Of a stretch of DNA of 32,000 bases, positions 1 through 9,375 are shown one piece after another. The notes beneath the pieces were generated by a model that searched no databases, was not told the DNA's origin, and worked only from the letters and a program-made list of their open reading frames with translations. This stretch comes from Pseudodesulfovibrio piezophilus C1TLV30 (GTDB lineage Bacteria > Desulfobacterota > Desulfovibrionia > Desulfovibrionales > Desulfovibrionaceae): contig NC_020409.1 of assembly GCF_000341895.1 (NCBI RefSeq), positions 30,001 through 62,000 of the forward strand. The letters are read 5' to 3'. Every line of letters starts with the position of its first letter. Within the stretch, counting starts at the first letter, position 1. The translations under genes were made by a program, and so were the position numbers.

Positions 1-106
1 GTATATTTTGCAATGTTGGGGAGTTGTTTTCTTACCGCTTGAGGGCGGAAGCCCTTGCAAGAGAGCTTTTTTAGGAGTAACTCATGCATCTTGCAAGGAG
101 AGAGAT

Positions 107-1282
107 ATGTCCGATAAATTCGCCCGGAGGATGGGGACGGTCCATCGATCGTTCATCCGGGAAATACTCAAAGTGACCGCTGACCCAGAAATTATTTCTT
201 TTGCCGGGGGACTTCCCAATCCTGAATTGTTTCCGGTTCATGCCATGGATACCGCTTCTCGGGAAGTCTTTGCGGCAGTCGGAGCATCAGCCCTCCAGTA
301 TTCCACCACTGAAGGTGATTTGGGCCTTAGGACTATTATTGCCAGCCGATATGAGCAGCGAGGTCTTCAGGTTGATCCTGATTCCATACTCGTGACCACC
401 GGTTCTCAGCAGATTCTTGATATTGTGGCCAAGGTTTTTCTTGATAGGGGAGATAAGGTCGTTATCGAGCGCCCAGGCTATCTTGGAGCAATTCAGGCTT
501 TTTCTTTTTTCGAGCCGGAGTTCTTGACGGTTACACTTGAATCCGATGGCCCGAACCTTGTTGAGTTGGAAAAACGCTTCGAGCAGGGTGCCAAGTGTTT
601 CTATGCCGTGCCAAATTTTCAGAATCCTTCTGGCGTGACCTATTCACTGGAAAAGCGTCAAGCCGTGGCAGAGTTGGCAGACAAATATGGTGTCCTTTTC
701 ATTGAAGATGACCCTTACGGTGAACTCCGTTTTTTGGGGGAAGATCTTCCAAGTATATACTCTTTGTGTCACGAACCAGGTCTTCTGTGCGGGTCTTTTT
801 CAAAAATAGCTGCACCGGGTTTTCGGATTGGGTGGGTTGTGGCTGAAAAAGAAGTCTATGACAAGCTTGTTATTGCGAAGCAGGCCTCCGACCTTCATAC
901 GAGCACGGTCGCTCAAGCTATTATGCGGCGGTACCTCGAGACCAATGACATTGGATCGCATGTCGGGTTGATCAAGGAACGCTATGGGCGGCAGCGTCAG
1001 TGTATGGTTGAGATGATTCATCAATATTTCCCGGTCGGTGTCAGTATCATCGAACCGGAGGGCGGAATGTTCCTGTGGGGCACGTTGCCCGAGGGTGTCT
1101 CTTCCATGGATGTTTTTGATACTGCCATCAAAAAGAAGGTGGCGTTTGTTCCCGGCAGGCCGTTCTATGTGGATGGTTCTGGTGAAAACACACTTCGACT
1201 CAACTTCTCCAATTCCGATGAGCAAAAGATTGAAGTGGGTATCAAAAGACTGGGTGAATGTCTTAAGGAATTCTTGCAATGA
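107..1282 (+). CDS. PLP-dependent aminotransferase, class I/II fold (2-aminoadipate/aromatic aminotransferase-like; MocR-type catalytic domain without HTH)
   Basis: The ORF track gives 8..1282. I start it at the ATG at 107 (MSDKFARRMG...), which is preceded by AAGGAGAGAG. Family-typical motifs are GGLPNPELFP, NFQNPSG and the PLP-lysine context SFSKIAAPGFRIGW. Confidence 0.85.
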   Translation: MSDKFARRMGTVHRSFIREILKVTADPEIISFAGGLPNPELFPVHAMDTASREVFAAVGASALQYSTTEGDLGLRTIIASRYEQRGLQVDPDSILVTTGSQQILDIVAKVFLDRGDKVVIERPGYLGAIQAFSFFEPEFLTVTLESDGPNLVELEKRFEQGAKCFYAVPNFQNPSGVTYSLEKRQAVAELADKYGVLFIEDDPYGELRFLGEDLPSIYSLCHEPGLLCGSFSKIAAPGFRIGWVVAEKEVYDKLVIAKQASDLHTSTVAQAIMRRYLETNDIGSHVGLIKERYGRQRQCMVEMIHQYFPVGVSIIEPEGGMFLWGTLPEGVSSMDVFDTAIKKKVAFVPGRPFYVDGSGENTLRLNFSNSDEQKIEVGIKRLGECLKEFLQ

Positions 1283-1335
1283 CATTTTCGGTCGAGAGGG
1301 ACGATTTGAAAATGTAAGCCATCAAGGTTAGCTCC

Positions 1336-3045
1336 ATGTCACAACACATTGTCGTAATTGGCAGCGTGGCCCTTGGGCCCAAAGCTGCATGTCGCTTTAA
1401 GCGACTCGAACCAGGCTCCACCGTCACGATGATCGACCAATCGTCGCTCATTTCCTATGGCGGCTGTGGAATCCCCTACTATGTCTCGGGTGATGTTTCT
1501 GATGCCCGAGAACTCTGCACAACCAGTTTTCATATGGTAAGGGACCCTCAATTTTTTAAGGATGTCAAAGGAGTAGATGTCCAGATTCTTACAAAAGCCA
1601 CCAGGATTGATCGCGAGAACAAGCGGGTGGAAGTGGAGAACATGAACAATGGCGAAAAGTCGTTTATCGATTACGACCAGCTCGTCATTGCCACAGGCGC
1701 TTCTCCCAGAAAATTGAATTTGCCGGGAGAGGATCTCAAAGGGGTCAGTTATGTCTGTAACCCCGATGACGCCACGCGCATCCGTGACGGTATTTCCAAA
1801 GGTGAAGTTGGCAATGCAGTCATCGTTGGTGCCGGTTTCATCGGCTTGGAAATGGCTGAAGCCTTTGCTGATATGTGGGGGGTTGAAACCAGTGTGGTTG
1901 AGATTACCGATCAGATCATGCCGAGGCTCGTCAGTCCGGCCCTCGCAACCATGGCCCAGAAGCACATGGAAGAGGGAGGCGTCAACTTCTATTTTGGTGA
2001 GAAAGTTGTCGCTATAGAAGGGGAGGATGGCAAGGTTACTCGGGTGGTGACAGACAAGAGGACGCTTGATGCGGATTCGGTCATCATCGCTGCCGGTGTA
2101 ATTCCCAATTCCGACCTGGCAAAAGAAGCTGGGCTTGAAGTGCATGATCGCGGTGGGGTCATCGTGGATGAATTCATGCGGACAAATGATGCAGCCATCT
2201 ACTCCGGTGGCGACTGTGCCATAGTCAAACATTTGATAACCGGGCAGCCTGTCTTTCTGCCGCTTGGGTCCATGGCCAATCGGCAGGGGCGGGTAATCGG
2301 GACCAATCTGGCTGGTGGCGATGCTCGTTTTGATGGTGTTGTCGGTTCGTTTGTAGTGAAGCTTTTTGAAAGTTCCCTTGCCGGAACCGGCTTGAGTCTC
2401 GAAACAGCCACTGGAGCTGGGTTTGATGCAATCAGTGTATTGCTCATCCAAATGGATCGCGCTCATTTTTATCCTTCCAAGGAACTTATGACACTTGAGA
2501 TGGTCGTGGAGAAAGAGACGCGGCGCGTACTTGGTGTCCAAGGATACGGCAGTGCCAAGGATGCCCTGGTGGGCCGTATCAATTCAGTGGCGGCGATACT
2601 TAAGAACAAACCGACTATTGATGATATTTCCAATATGGAAATGGCCTATTCTCCGCCTTTTGCTGCCGCAATGGACATCCTGAACTCTCTGGCCAATCTT
2701 GCAGACAATGCGCTGAATGGGATAAATAGAGGAGTGGGGCCTGACGGTTTTCAGGAGTTGTGGGATAAGCGGGAACAGGGTGCGTGCTTTTTTCTGGATT
2801 GCCGCGAAGAGGCGGATGCAGCAGAGTATATCAAACGTAACCCGGACTACTGGCACAATATTCCTCAAGGACAAATATACCAACATCTTGAAGAAATTCC
2901 GAAAGATAAGCCTGTTGTCCTTGTCTGTAATACAGGCGCACGTTCCTATGAAGCCCAAGTCATGCTGGATGACAGAGGGTTCAAGGACGTTATTAATGTG
3001 CAGGGGGGGATGGCCGCCATCAAGAAATATGGTGTAGATGTATAA
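1336..3045 (+). CDS. FAD-dependent pyridine nucleotide-disulfide oxidoreductase (CoA-disulfide reductase / NADH oxidase type) fused to a C-terminal rhodanese domain
   Basis: 569-aa ORF. It has an N-terminal dinucleotide fold (VVIGSVALGPKAA), a single redox Cys context (SYGGCGIPYY) as in CoADR/Nox, and a second fold (VIVGAGFIGLEMAE). The C-terminal rhodanese active-site loop is VLVCNTGARS. Confidence 0.85.
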   Translation: MSQHIVVIGSVALGPKAACRFKRLEPGSTVTMIDQSSLISYGGCGIPYYVSGDVSDARELCTTSFHMVRDPQFFKDVKGVDVQILTKATRIDRENKRVEVENMNNGEKSFIDYDQLVIATGASPRKLNLPGEDLKGVSYVCNPDDATRIRDGISKGEVGNAVIVGAGFIGLEMAEAFADMWGVETSVVEITDQIMPRLVSPALATMAQKHMEEGGVNFYFGEKVVAIEGEDGKVTRVVTDKRTLDADSVIIAAGVIPNSDLAKEAGLEVHDRGGVIVDEFMRTNDAAIYSGGDCAIVKHLITGQPVFLPLGSMANRQGRVIGTNLAGGDARFDGVVGSFVVKLFESSLAGTGLSLETATGAGFDAISVLLIQMDRAHFYPSKELMTLEMVVEKETRRVLGVQGYGSAKDALVGRINSVAAILKNKPTIDDISNMEMAYSPPFAAAMDILNSLANLADNALNGINRGVGPDGFQELWDKREQGACFFLDCREEADAAEYIKRNPDYWHNIPQGQIYQHLEEIPKDKPVVLVCNTGARSYEAQVMLDDRGFKDVINVQGGMAAIKKYGVDV

Positions 3046-3138
3046 TTGCATAGTCTGAACGATTCAGGTAGAATGGCTACCTGTTATGAACCACTTTGAG
3101 GGGATCATCTAGAAAGACGCGGTAAAGCGAGGATTAAT

Positions 3139-3534
3139 TTGCGCTTTTTGATAGTCGATGACGATGAAAGTATCCATCTGTATCTCAAGTCGCTGCTTGA
3201 TGGTTTGGCTGAATGCGACTGTGTGCTCTCAGGTGAAGAAGGAGTTGAATCCTTTTTTCGTGCATTGGTGGGGAAAAATCCCTATGACGTTGTCATGATG
3301 GATATTCTCATGCCTGGAATGGATGGGCATCAAGCCGCCGAGATCATGCGGGCAGAAGAGAGAAAGCGTGGGATCACTGAAATCAACCAGTTCAAACTGG
3401 TGATGATCACATCCTTGGTTGATGATACGAATGTCAGTAAGGCTTTCTTCAATACTCATGCTTCCTGCTATATTGTTAAGCCTCTTGAAAAAGACAAGGT
3501 CCTTGAAGAGCTGCGAGAAAATTTGATCCTTTAG
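3139..3534 (+). CDS. Stand-alone CheY-like response regulator receiver domain
   Basis: TTG start with GAGGA 6 nt upstream. Motifs are the acidic pocket FLIVDDDES, the phospho-acceptor context DVVMMDILMPGMDG and the conserved Lys in YIVKPL. At 131 aa there is no output domain. Confidence 0.8.
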   Translation: MRFLIVDDDESIHLYLKSLLDGLAECDCVLSGEEGVESFFRALVGKNPYDVVMMDILMPGMDGHQAAEIMRAEERKRGITEINQFKLVMITSLVDDTNVSKAFFNTHASCYIVKPLEKDKVLEELRENLIL

Positions 3535-3560
3535 CGTGGTGTAAGAGAGACAAATATAAA

Positions 3561-3596
3561 GGGGAGGAAAGTCAAATGACTTTCCTCCCCTTTTTT
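3561..3596. terminator. Bidirectional intrinsic terminator between the convergent CheY gene and the ABC operon
   Basis: Perfect 13-bp stem ggggaggaaagtc / gactttcctcccc with a 4-nt loop. It is followed by TTTTTT on the + strand and by TTTATATTT on the - strand. Confidence 0.8.
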
Positions 3597-3616
3597 CTAG
3601 ACTGTTGTGACCGTTA

Positions 3617-4621
3617 TCAGATGCGTCCTTCTTCCACTGCGTGACAGGCGACGATACTGTCGTCAACTGACCGCCCAAGAGGAATCTCGTTTCTACACCG
3701 ATCATTGGCGTGAGGGCAGCGTCCGTTAAAGACACATCCAGATGGAAGGTTTATAGGAGTCGGAACATCTCCAGAGAGTCTGGTATGGCCTCCAGCCTGC
3801 CCGCCGAGACGAGGAATGGCTGAGAGCAGCGCCTGTGTGTATGGATGTTTGGGAGTACTAAATAAATCAGCAGATGTGGCCAGTTCGCAGATACAGCCAA
3901 GATACATGACGGCGACACGTGTGGAGATGTGCTCGACAACACTCAGATCATGGCTGATAAAGAGGTATGTCAATCCACGTTGGTCCTGCGCATCCATGAG
4001 CAGATTCAGAATCTGTGCCTGAATTGAGACATCAAGCGCAGCAATGGGTTCATCCGCAGCGACAAACTCTGGTCCAAGGACCAGAGCACGAGCAATGGAT
4101 ATACGTTGCCGTTGTCCTCCTGAGAACTCATGCGGGAAGTTGGAAGCCCATTTGGGGTCCACGCCAACTTGAAGCATGACTTCGGCGACTGTTTCCTTGA
4201 CTTCCCCGCGAGACATATGCGGATTATGGAATTTTACCGGCTCTTCAAGAATCTCTCGTACAGCCATACGTGGGTTCAATGAAGCATATGGGTCCTGAAA
4301 GACCATTTGCATCTTGGTACGATATGGTTTCATCTTGGCCGAAGACAAATGGTCGATGCGCTCCCCTCGATAGAGGATTTCACCGTTGTTCGGCTGATAA
4401 AGTCCCATGACCGTCCGTGCCAGAGTGGATTTCCCACAGCCGGACTCGCCAACGACGCTCAGAGTTTCACCGGGCAATATTTCCAAGCTTACATTATTAA
4501 CCGCTTTGACCACAGTTCTTTTGCGGTTGATTTTACCACCTTCAATTCGAAGTTGGTCAAGAAAAGACCCGGAAATATCGAAGTGTTTATCGACATTTTT
4601 TATTTCGAGAAGTTTATTCAT
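3617..4621 (-). CDS. Dpp/Opp-type ABC transporter ATP-binding protein (F-type subunit)
   Basis: Motifs are Walker A GESGCGKST, signature FSGGQRQRISIA and Walker B VAADEPIAALD, plus a Cys-containing C-terminal Opp domain. I start it at the ATG at 4621 (MNKLLEIKNV), which overlaps the upstream stop as ATGAATAA. The longer track ORF to 4723 is an extension into the upstream gene. Confidence 0.9.
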   Translation of the reverse strand: MNKLLEIKNVDKHFDISGSFLDQLRIEGGKINRKRTVVKAVNNVSLEILPGETLSVVGESGCGKSTLARTVMGLYQPNNGEILYRGERIDHLSSAKMKPYRTKMQMVFQDPYASLNPRMAVREILEEPVKFHNPHMSRGEVKETVAEVMLQVGVDPKWASNFPHEFSGGQRQRISIARALVLGPEFVAADEPIAALDVSIQAQILNLLMDAQDQRGLTYLFISHDLSVVEHISTRVAVMYLGCICELATSADLFSTPKHPYTQALLSAIPRLGGQAGGHTRLSGDVPTPINLPSGCVFNGRCPHANDRCRNEIPLGRSVDDSIVACHAVEEGRI

Positions 4622-5594
4622 TGTTGCTTCCTTCCTCGCGGGCAAAACAGGCGACTTGCGCTCCATTTTCAAGCCCACAGAGTTGGGGAGTATCGCGTCT
4701 ACACTTTTCCATTGTATATTCACACCGAGGCTCGAAGGGACATCCTTGGGGCATCTGGAAGAGCGAGGGCATCATGCCAGGGATCTGGTTGAGTCGATTT
4801 GCTCCGCCAGCCATTTGCGGTAACGCCTGTAGAAGTCCTTGTGTATAGGGATGCTGAGGGTTTTCAATGATCTGCATGGTGGGGCCGATTTCAACGACTC
4901 GTCCAGCGTACAGCACTGCAATACGCTGAGTCACTTCGGAAACGACTGCAAGATCATGGGTGATCAGTATCAGTCCCATGTTCTCTGTTTTGCACAATTC
5001 GAGTAGCAAATCCATGATCTCGGCCTGAATGGTCACGTCAAGGGCTGTTGTGGGTTCATCCGCGATGATCAAGCTTGGATTGGTCAGCAGCGATATGGCG
5101 ATGACTATGCGCTGCCGCATGCCTCCAGAGAATTCATGAGGATATTGCTTGAGGCGTTTTTCCGGTGAAGGGATATAGACCTTTTGCAATTTTTCTAGAC
5201 AGATTGCTTCCGCTTCCTTGTCCGTAACATTCATGTGCGCCAGCACGGTTTCCTTCATCTGAGTGCCGATAGTCAGCACAGGATTCAGGGTCATCATGGG
5301 GTCCTGGAAAATCATGGAGATTCTATCGCCCCTGATTTTGCGCATTTCCTCATTGGAGTATTGGGATATATCGGTTCCGTTGAAAAGAATTTCACCACTT
5401 GTAATCTGTCCCGGCTTGGAGATCAGATTGATGATGGAGAAGCCGAGGACCGACTTGCCTGCACCGGATTCTCCGACCACACCGAGGCGTTCTCCTTTGC
5501 CCACGGACAAAGAGACATCACGGACGGCTCGAAGGGTTTTTTCCCGCAGTTTGAAATCAACATTGAGGTTTTTTATGTCAAGGAGTTGTTCCAT
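4614..5594 (-). CDS. Dpp/Opp-type ABC transporter ATP-binding protein (D-type subunit)
   Basis: Motifs are Walker A GESGAGKS, signature FSGGMRQRIVIA and Walker B IIADEPTTALD. The C-terminal Cys-rich Opp domain reads GCPFEPRCEYTMEKC. Confidence 0.9.
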   Translation of the reverse strand: MEQLLDIKNLNVDFKLREKTLRAVRDVSLSVGKGERLGVVGESGAGKSVLGFSIINLISKPGQITSGEILFNGTDISQYSNEEMRKIRGDRISMIFQDPMMTLNPVLTIGTQMKETVLAHMNVTDKEAEAICLEKLQKVYIPSPEKRLKQYPHEFSGGMRQRIVIAISLLTNPSLIIADEPTTALDVTIQAEIMDLLLELCKTENMGLILITHDLAVVSEVTQRIAVLYAGRVVEIGPTMQIIENPQHPYTQGLLQALPQMAGGANRLNQIPGMMPSLFQMPQGCPFEPRCEYTMEKCRRDTPQLCGLENGAQVACFAREEGSNNE

Positions 5595-5597
5595 GAT

Positions 5598-6515
5598 TTA
5601 CCCCTTGTACAGTTTTGGGTTGAGATAATCGCGCACCCAATCGCCTAAAAGGTTGATCACAAGGACCAACAGGACGAGGAGGATGCCTGGGAAAATGGTA
5701 ATCCACCATGAACCGGAGAATATGTAGTCAAACCCGGCCGTAATAAGTGACCCCAGTGACGGTTTGGTCATAGGCATTCCAAGGCCGAGGAAGGACAACG
5801 CCGCTTCACTCATAATGGCATTGGCGACCTGAACAGTGGATATGACCAGCACTGGTGAAAGTGTATTAGGGAGGATGTGGCGCCACATGATGCGGACTTT
5901 GGACAGCCCGATGACCCGTGCTGCTTCAACATATTCCTTTTTGCTTTCAGCCAGAACAGATGCTCGAACAGTTCGGGCATATTGCGGCCATTCGGCCAGA
6001 CCGATGATCAATATCAAGAGTGGAGCAGCAATCTTTTCATAATTTGCCACACCAAACATGGTTTGAAAGATCGCTCCAATGAAAATGGCGATCATATAGG
6101 TTGAAAATGACAACTGAACATCGGCAATTCGCATCAGGATGGTATCCAGCTTTTTAATATAGCCGGATAACAGGCCTATCGCAATGCCGAGTGTTGCCTG
6201 GAGAAGCACGGCACCAATACCGATAATGATGGATATCCGCATGCCGTAAAGCATGGTGGAAAACATATCGCGGCCCATGTCGTCCGTTCCCAGGAGGAAA
6301 TTGGTCGTTCCGTCTACCGCCCAGGCTGGAGGGAGTTCGGAGTTCATGATGTCAATGGTCGTAGGGTTATAGGGATCATGCGGCGCGATGAGCGGAGCTC
6401 CGAATGCGCCTATCAACAGGATCATCAGAATGGCGAAACTGACATACGCCATCGGATCCCTTAGGAAACTGTACAAGAAGAATGATTCGCGGAATCGTTG
6501 CCATCTGGATCGCAT
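5598..6515 (-). CDS. Dpp/Opp-type ABC transporter permease (C-type)
   Basis: 305-aa polytopic membrane protein of the BPD-transporter permease type. It is tightly packed against the neighbouring permease and ATPase genes. Confidence 0.85.
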   Translation of the reverse strand: MRSRWQRFRESFFLYSFLRDPMAYVSFAILMILLIGAFGAPLIAPHDPYNPTTIDIMNSELPPAWAVDGTTNFLLGTDDMGRDMFSTMLYGMRISIIIGIGAVLLQATLGIAIGLLSGYIKKLDTILMRIADVQLSFSTYMIAIFIGAIFQTMFGVANYEKIAAPLLILIIGLAEWPQYARTVRASVLAESKKEYVEAARVIGLSKVRIMWRHILPNTLSPVLVISTVQVANAIMSEAALSFLGLGMPMTKPSLGSLITAGFDYIFSGSWWITIFPGILLVLLVLVINLLGDWVRDYLNPKLYKG

Positions 6516-7493
6516 CTATTTCCTCCCCGCTACGCGGATGGTCGGATTGACCAGACCATAGATGAGATCAACCAGCGTGTTGACCACGACAAAGATGAAT
6601 CCAACAACAACGATATACGAAACCATCAGTGCAGTATCTGCTCTTTCCACCGATTGGATGAACATGGATCCCATGCCCTGCCATTGGAAAACCGTCTCGG
6701 TGAGGATGGTAAAAGCAACCATGATGCCAAGCTGAACACCACCGACCGTTATAACCGGCAGGAGAGTATTCTTAAAGGCATGGACAAGCCATACTCTGCG
6801 GGGCTTCAGCCCTTTTGCCCATGCATATTTGACGTATTCACTTTCAAGGACTTCCATCATTTCCGACCTGATCAAGCGGATGAAAAGAGGCAACATGATG
6901 GATGAGAGTGCAATGGATGGCATGACCAAGTGCTTGAGGCCATCCAGTGTGAGTAACCCACTATCCCACCAGCCAAAAAGCTGGACGGTTTCTCCCCGTC
7001 CGAAAGACGGAAGCCAGTGAAGTTCAACGGAGAAAACGTAGATGAGTAGGATGGCCGTGAGGAAGACCGGCATGGAAACGCCGACGATGGAGCCGCCCAT
7101 AACAATTTTGCTGAACAGCCGTTTAGGGTGAATTGCGGAGTATATACCCAACGGCACTGAAAGACAGATGACGATGAGTGAGGCACAGAAGACCAGTTCC
7201 AATGTGGCTGGAGCCTTGGATATGATGACTTCCGTTACCGGTTTTTTAAAGAAGAAGGAACGACCGAGGTCTCCGTGTATGGCGTTTTTGAGAAAACGTC
7301 CGTACTGAACCATGAATGGGTCGTTAAGCCCGAGTTTCTCTCTGATCTGTGCGCGTTCTTCCGGTGTGACTCGTTCGCCCACAAGTTCGCGGACTGGGTC
7401 ACCGAAAGCGCTCTTGATGGAAAAGCCGATCATGGAAATGATCAACATGACCAAAAGAGCCTGGGCGATGCGTTTTACTGTGAATGCAAACAT
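6516..7493 (-). CDS. Dpp/Opp-type ABC transporter permease (B-type)
   Basis: 325-aa polytopic membrane protein. The N-terminus MFAFTVKRIAQALLVMLIIS and the LGLNDPF motif are typical of DppB/OppB-type permeases. It abuts the next permease gene with no gap. Confidence 0.85.
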   Translation of the reverse strand: MFAFTVKRIAQALLVMLIISMIGFSIKSAFGDPVRELVGERVTPEERAQIREKLGLNDPFMVQYGRFLKNAIHGDLGRSFFFKKPVTEVIISKAPATLELVFCASLIVICLSVPLGIYSAIHPKRLFSKIVMGGSIVGVSMPVFLTAILLIYVFSVELHWLPSFGRGETVQLFGWWDSGLLTLDGLKHLVMPSIALSSIMLPLFIRLIRSEMMEVLESEYVKYAWAKGLKPRRVWLVHAFKNTLLPVITVGGVQLGIMVAFTILTETVFQWQGMGSMFIQSVERADTALMVSYIVVVGFIFVVVNTLVDLIYGLVNPTIRVAGRK

Positions 7494-7517
7494 AATTTCT
7501 TTTGAGTAAGAGTTCTA

Positions 7518-7551
7518 AAGGGGAACCCCGACAAGTCCGGGGTTCCCCTTT
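7518..7551 (-). other. Intercistronic GC-rich stem-loop between the binding-protein gene and the permease genes
   Basis: The stem is aaaggggaaccccg / cggggttccccttt (14 bp) with a 7-nt loop. There is no clear U-tract on the coding (-) strand. Confidence 0.55.
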
Positions 7552-7589
7552 AGGGTTGTTTTACGATTTTGGCAAGGACGAATTTGTCG

Positions 7590-9149
7590 TTACTTTATGA
7601 CCAAATTGCCGAAGTACGGGAAGTTCATGACATTCACGATGTCTTCGGTGTTCATATTTTTCTTGGAGCCCCAGGACAGGTTCTGCCAGTGCAGGGGGAT
7701 GAAGGCTGCGTCATCGTAGAGGATTTTTTCTATCTTTTGCAGCATGGCCGTGCGCTTTTCAAGGTTGGTCTCTGAGTTGGACTCGTTTGTCAACTTGTCG
7801 ACCTCGGCGTTACAATAATTGCCAGAGTTGTACTGTCCCTTTCCTGTTTCCAGGTTGGGGCACATGTAGAGATATTCGAAGAAGTTGGCGGAGTCTTCAG
7901 TGTCGGAATGCCAACCGATCATCTGGATATCGGCTACCTTGGCATCGAACTGATCCCAATACTGGGCTTTGGGCATGGTCTTGAGAGAGACGGTGATGCC
8001 GATCTTGGACATCATACCAACAAATGCCTGAGCTATCTTTTCATCATTCACATATCGGTTGTTGGGAGCGATCATAGTACAGCTGAATCCGTTTTCATAG
8101 CCGGCTTCTTTCATCAACTGCTTGGCTTTGGCCAGGTCATAACGAAGTGTAAGCTCCGGGTTATGGCCCTGATATCCTTTAGGAGAGTTCTGGGCTGCTG
8201 GTGTGGCAAAGCCCTTCATGATCTTTTTCGCAACGCCCACACTGTTGTACGCGTAAGCCATGGCCTGGCGAACCTTGAGGTTGGCAAATTCAGGCCTGCG
8301 TTTCTGATTCAGCTGGAAAGTGATGATACGGGAACCGGACATGGTGACGAGTTTGAGACCATCAGTGTTCTTGATACGCTCCAGATCATTCGGTGGAACA
8401 GGCATGATGAAGTCAACGTCACCGGACAGAAGAGCAGCCACGCGGGTGGGGGCTTCGCTGATCGGGGTCAGAACTATTTCATCAACATTACCGGTGTTCT
8501 TGTCCCAGTAGTCAGGGAACCGTTTGAAAATGGTCTTCACACCCTGTTCACGCTCTGTAACCATGAAAGGACCAGTGCCTGATTCATTGTAGTTGGCAAA
8601 GGTGTAGTCAGTTTTCAGGATCAGGTCTTTGGGCTTGTTGTTTTTCGGATCAATACCAGTGTAGAAGGCCTTGTCCATGGGGAAAAGGTAGGTAGCCATC
8701 GCCATGACCAGACCGTATGGCTCGGAAGTGACGAGATCCACAACGTATTTATCAGTAGCAACAGCATCATCGAAGGCGGTGAACAGTCCTTTGAAGTCAT
8801 CAGACTGTTTCAGGCGATTGAAAGTGAAGACGACATCTTCAGCGGTCAATTCATTGCCTGAGTGAAATTTCACACCTTTGCGCAGATAGAAGCGAGTAAC
8901 AGTTTTACCAATGACTTCCCACCTTTCGGCCAGGCGAGGCTCAAATCCACCGTTTTTGTCCCAGCGGACAAGGGGATCGAAAACCATGTGGGAGTATTGG
9001 AGCATGCCACCGGACAACTGGACATGCGGGTCCAAGGATACCGGATCGGCGTCCATGGCTAGTTTCAGGGTATTACCGGCAATTGCCGGGGTGGCGAACA
9101 GCATTGCCGCAACAATGAATGTAATCGCCAGGCTCGTGATCTTTTTCAT
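7590..9149 (-). CDS. ABC transporter substrate-binding protein, family 5 (peptide/nickel type)
   Basis: 519 aa with a signal peptide (MKKITSLAITFIVAAMLFATPAIAG). Length and sequence pattern match DppA/OppA-family binding proteins. The RBS GGAGGAA lies upstream of the ATG at 9149. Confidence 0.9.
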   Translation of the reverse strand: MKKITSLAITFIVAAMLFATPAIAGNTLKLAMDADPVSLDPHVQLSGGMLQYSHMVFDPLVRWDKNGGFEPRLAERWEVIGKTVTRFYLRKGVKFHSGNELTAEDVVFTFNRLKQSDDFKGLFTAFDDAVATDKYVVDLVTSEPYGLVMAMATYLFPMDKAFYTGIDPKNNKPKDLILKTDYTFANYNESGTGPFMVTEREQGVKTIFKRFPDYWDKNTGNVDEIVLTPISEAPTRVAALLSGDVDFIMPVPPNDLERIKNTDGLKLVTMSGSRIITFQLNQKRRPEFANLKVRQAMAYAYNSVGVAKKIMKGFATPAAQNSPKGYQGHNPELTLRYDLAKAKQLMKEAGYENGFSCTMIAPNNRYVNDEKIAQAFVGMMSKIGITVSLKTMPKAQYWDQFDAKVADIQMIGWHSDTEDSANFFEYLYMCPNLETGKGQYNSGNYCNAEVDKLTNESNSETNLEKRTAMLQKIEKILYDDAAFIPLHWQNLSWGSKKNMNTEDIVNVMNFPYFGNLVIK

Positions 9150-9375
9150 AAAGGATTCCTCCGTAATTTGAACTCATTGCATCTGAAACCGATACAAAAG
9201 TAACCTCTCCATTGCCCCTCGGGCAAAACTGTTCCGGTCAACCTCATAACGAAGTATTGCCTCGTGGTGGAAACACAGTATACAAAGTTGGACGGAAACG
9301 CGTTTGTCTTACACTTATCAAGCGATTTTAACAACTCTGTGCTTAAATAAAAGTGCATTGAGGAGTCTCTGAATT

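Noticed and set aside
38-72. Hairpin cttgagggc-ggaa-gcccttgcaag followed by a T-run, upstream of the aminotransferase gene
   Set aside because: The T-run is separated from the stem by 5 nt, the stem has a bulge, and the upstream gene is outside the window. It is too weak to call a terminator.
1339-2541. 400-aa ORF on the - strand, antisense to the CoADR-rhodanese gene
   Set aside because: It lies entirely inside a + strand gene that has clear family motifs. Its translation has no recognisable domains and an odd composition, which is typical of a shadow ORF.
7908-8582. 224-aa + strand ORF inside the substrate-binding protein gene
   Set aside because: It is a shadow ORF of a well-supported - strand gene, with no RBS and no family resemblance.
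9146-9358. 70-aa - strand ORF in the divergent intergenic region upstream of the binding-protein gene
   Set aside because: It overlaps the RBS and start of the binding-protein gene, has no RBS of its own and shows no recognisable features. The region is more probably promoter and 5' UTR.
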